In this document: positions 55,365-56,974 of the stretch, piece after piece
How positions within the stretch are numbered: the first letter of the stretch is position 1
Layout: each line of letters opens with the position of its first letter
Virus record (IMG/VR): IMGVR_UViG_3300044806_000037
Coordinates: 1 to 56,974 of that record
Strand: one strand, 5' to 3'
From: a virus
Lineage: Duplodnaviria > Caudoviricetes
Length of the DNA: 56,974 nucleotides
Translations under genes and position numbers: made by a program
The notes under the pieces: model-generated
Databases searched by the model: none
Told to the model about the DNA's origin: nothing
What the model saw: only the letters and a program-made list of their open reading frames with translations

Positions 55365-55860
55365 CTTCAGCCATCAACTCATGCTTAGCCAACAAAAGCC
55401 CCTCACCAACAAGCGCATCCAACTTATCCGAATCAACATCCGGATACTGCTCCTTCAACTGCCTCTTAGCAAACCCCAAAGCCGAATCCATAGCCCTTAG
55501 CAAGATACCCTGCTGAAACTCAGACAAACGCAACACCTGCTCATCCAACTGTGCCTTCTGCGAATCCAAACGCCGACCCAACTCAGTCAACGTCTGCAAC
55601 AACAACCTAGCACTCGTCGGATCCTTAAACTCAATCGCATTCTGCTGCAACGAATTCTTCAACTCATTCAACTCATGCACCAACAACTGCCTCTGCTCAA
55701 CCTCAGACCACACATCCCTTCTAGCAAGGATGTTCTTCACATGCACAACAGCCTGCGCAGCCGGAATACCCGTCAAACGCTCAATCTCCTCACCAGACTT
55801 ACCCGAAGCCGCAGCCCGCAACAAAGTCTCGTCAAGTAAACTAATCTCGCCTCTAGCCAT
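55357..55860 (-). CDS. putative terminase small subunit
   Basis: N-terminal HTH (GKSGEEIERLTGIP), helical, directly upstream of and overlapping terL. Confidence 0.6.
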   Translation of the reverse strand: MARGEISLLDETLLRAAASGKSGEEIERLTGIPAAQAVVHVKNILARRDVWSEVEQRQLLVHELNELKNSLQQNAIEFKDPTSARLLLQTLTELGRRLDSQKAQLDEQVLRLSEFQQGILLRAMDSALGFAKRQLKEQYPDVDSDKLDALVGEGLLLAKHELMAEDD

Positions 55861-55863
55861 CTT

Positions 55864-56013
55864 CTACTTCTCTAACAACTTATCCAGCTTCTCATGCAAA
55901 AGCTTAACCTCATTAAACACAATAAACACCATCTCCGCCAACTCATTCAAATCAACAGCATCCTCAGACGTCTCCTCAACATCCTCAGCATCATCAGTAA
56001 TTCCTCTAGACAC
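55864..56013 (-). CDS. 49-aa acidic hypothetical protein
   Basis: AGGAGG RBS then GTG TCT AGA...GAG AAG TAG. Confidence 0.55.
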   Translation of the reverse strand: MSRGITDDAEDVEETSEDAVDLNELAEMVFIVFNEVKLLHEKLDKLLEK

Positions 56014-56151
56014 GATTAAACCTCCTGGCCTTCCTCTGGTTTTTATTTTTCTTACGACGCGAAATTTTTTCCGGCTTAGAAACCGAAGACGGATAAATCT
56101 CAGCTGAAGTTTTAACCTGATTCAAAGTTAAAAGCATCCGCTGAGACTGAG

Positions 56152-56361
56152 TTAACCCAACCACTCCAACTCCTCATTCAAACACTGCACAGCCACCTGC
56201 ACCAAAGACCAAAACGGAACATCCGCCGTAGCCTCAAAAAACACAACATGCTCATCATTAAAAGTCGCCACATAAACAATCGACTCATCACCCTCATCAT
56301 AAGCGGCAAGGTGAAGAGAGATCGGCTCATCCGACCAAGTAGCATCAATAAAAATATTCAT
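56152..56361 (-). CDS. hypothetical protein (probably leaderless)
   Basis: TGGTAGGAT -10 six nt before ATG 56361. Confidence 0.55.
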   Translation of the reverse strand: MNIFIDATWSDEPISLHLAAYDEGDESIVYVATFNDEHVVFFEATADVPFWSLVQVAVQCLNEELEWLG

Positions 56362-56599
56362 ACACACATCCTACCACACCATTTTCACAAAACAGCTTCC
56401 GATACGCATGTGGGGGGAGAACACTACCTTATTTATCTTTTCGGCTAATAAATTGAAGTCTTTGATACCACACTGGAGGGCTGGCGGATGCGAGCGTCGC
56501 TGGCGGCGTGAGTAGACGACAATTGGCCGAATTAGGAAAAGGCCGATAACCGAAGGGGGAGTTCGATTACCGGCTTTCCTGTCTAGCGTGAAGGGGGGG

Positions 56600-56815
56600 T
56601 TACGCTAGAAACTTGCGAACAGCGTGGGCTGTTGCGGCGATTGTGGTGAGTAGCATGATTGTTAGGCTTGCGGTGAAGAACATGTTTCCGTGTTCTAACG
56701 CTTTGGCTATGCTGGTTTCGCCGTCTTGTAGTTGGCGGGCTATGCTGTCGTTGTTGGCTTGAACGAACCATGCGAGCGTGAGTGTGGTTGTCCACATTAG
56801 GATTAGCGTTTTCAT
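56600..56815 (-). CDS. small two-TM membrane protein
   Basis: GAAAGG RBS; two hydrophobic segments. Confidence 0.6.
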   Translation of the reverse strand: MKTLILMWTTTLTLAWFVQANNDSIARQLQDGETSIAKALEHGNMFFTASLTIMLLTTIAATAHAVRKFLA

Positions 56816-56847
56816 TTTACGCCTTTCTGCTTAGTGCTAGTTGTCCG

Positions 56848-56974
56848 ATTGGGCTTTCGATTTCTGCCCAGTGTCCGCTTGCGTTACATTTGATACATGC
56901 TTGGTTCTCTGGTAGTTCGTTGTAGGTGGTTGAACACCATACGCAAATGATAGTTTCGATACACTTGGTTCCGT
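56848..56974. repeat. copy of 1-127
   Basis: Exact match to the window start. Confidence 0.95.

Noticed and set aside
52482-55388. Long + strand ORFs opposite the portal and terminase genes
   Set aside because: Shadow ORFs caused by the strong C/A skew, which depletes stop codons
56848-56974. 127-bp terminal repeat as a biological direct terminal repeat
   Set aside because: The length equals a standard assembly k-mer and it falls inside an ORF, so it most likely reflects circularisation
1-56974. Stop-codon reassignment or suppressor tRNA
   Set aside because: Genes are intact and densely packed in the standard code, all three stops are used, and no CTA/TCA/TTA anticodon tRNA was found

Overview
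Apparently a complete, circularly assembled genome (56,847 bp plus a 127-nt end overlap) of a tailed dsDNA siphovirus-type phage. The host is probably an actinobacterium (two WhiB-family genes, NrdH, leaderless genes); a freshwater Microbacteriaceae-type host is only an inference. Layout: a leftward arm (1-5579: DUF669 SSB-like protein, DUF4326, class II glutamine amidotransferase plus amidoligase); an AT-rich divergent control region; a rightward early/replication arm (6335-23556: many small ORFs, SF2 helicase, C5 methylase, WhiB, Cas4-like nuclease, AAA ATPase, SSB, primase/helicase, NrdH, RuvC-like resolvase, metallophosphoesterase); and a leftward late arm (terminase to lysis genes, 56361-23609). 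I recognised no integrase, DNA polymerase or CRISPR array. The most unusual features are: (1) a ~900-nt ncRNA array (16946-17833) in which two normal tRNAs, a 78-nt tmRNA tRNA-like domain with no mRNA domain and two degenerate tRNA-like units alternate with structured spacers, and four of the five units are immediately preceded by an H-type pseudoknot; (2) a WhiB-WhiA-HTH fusion protein; (3) a self-contained 62-nt late sRNA displaying an anti-Shine-Dalgarno loop; (4) a 3624-aa tape measure protein carrying DEDDh exonuclease motifs. All calls come from motif recognition and folding by eye; no searches were run.
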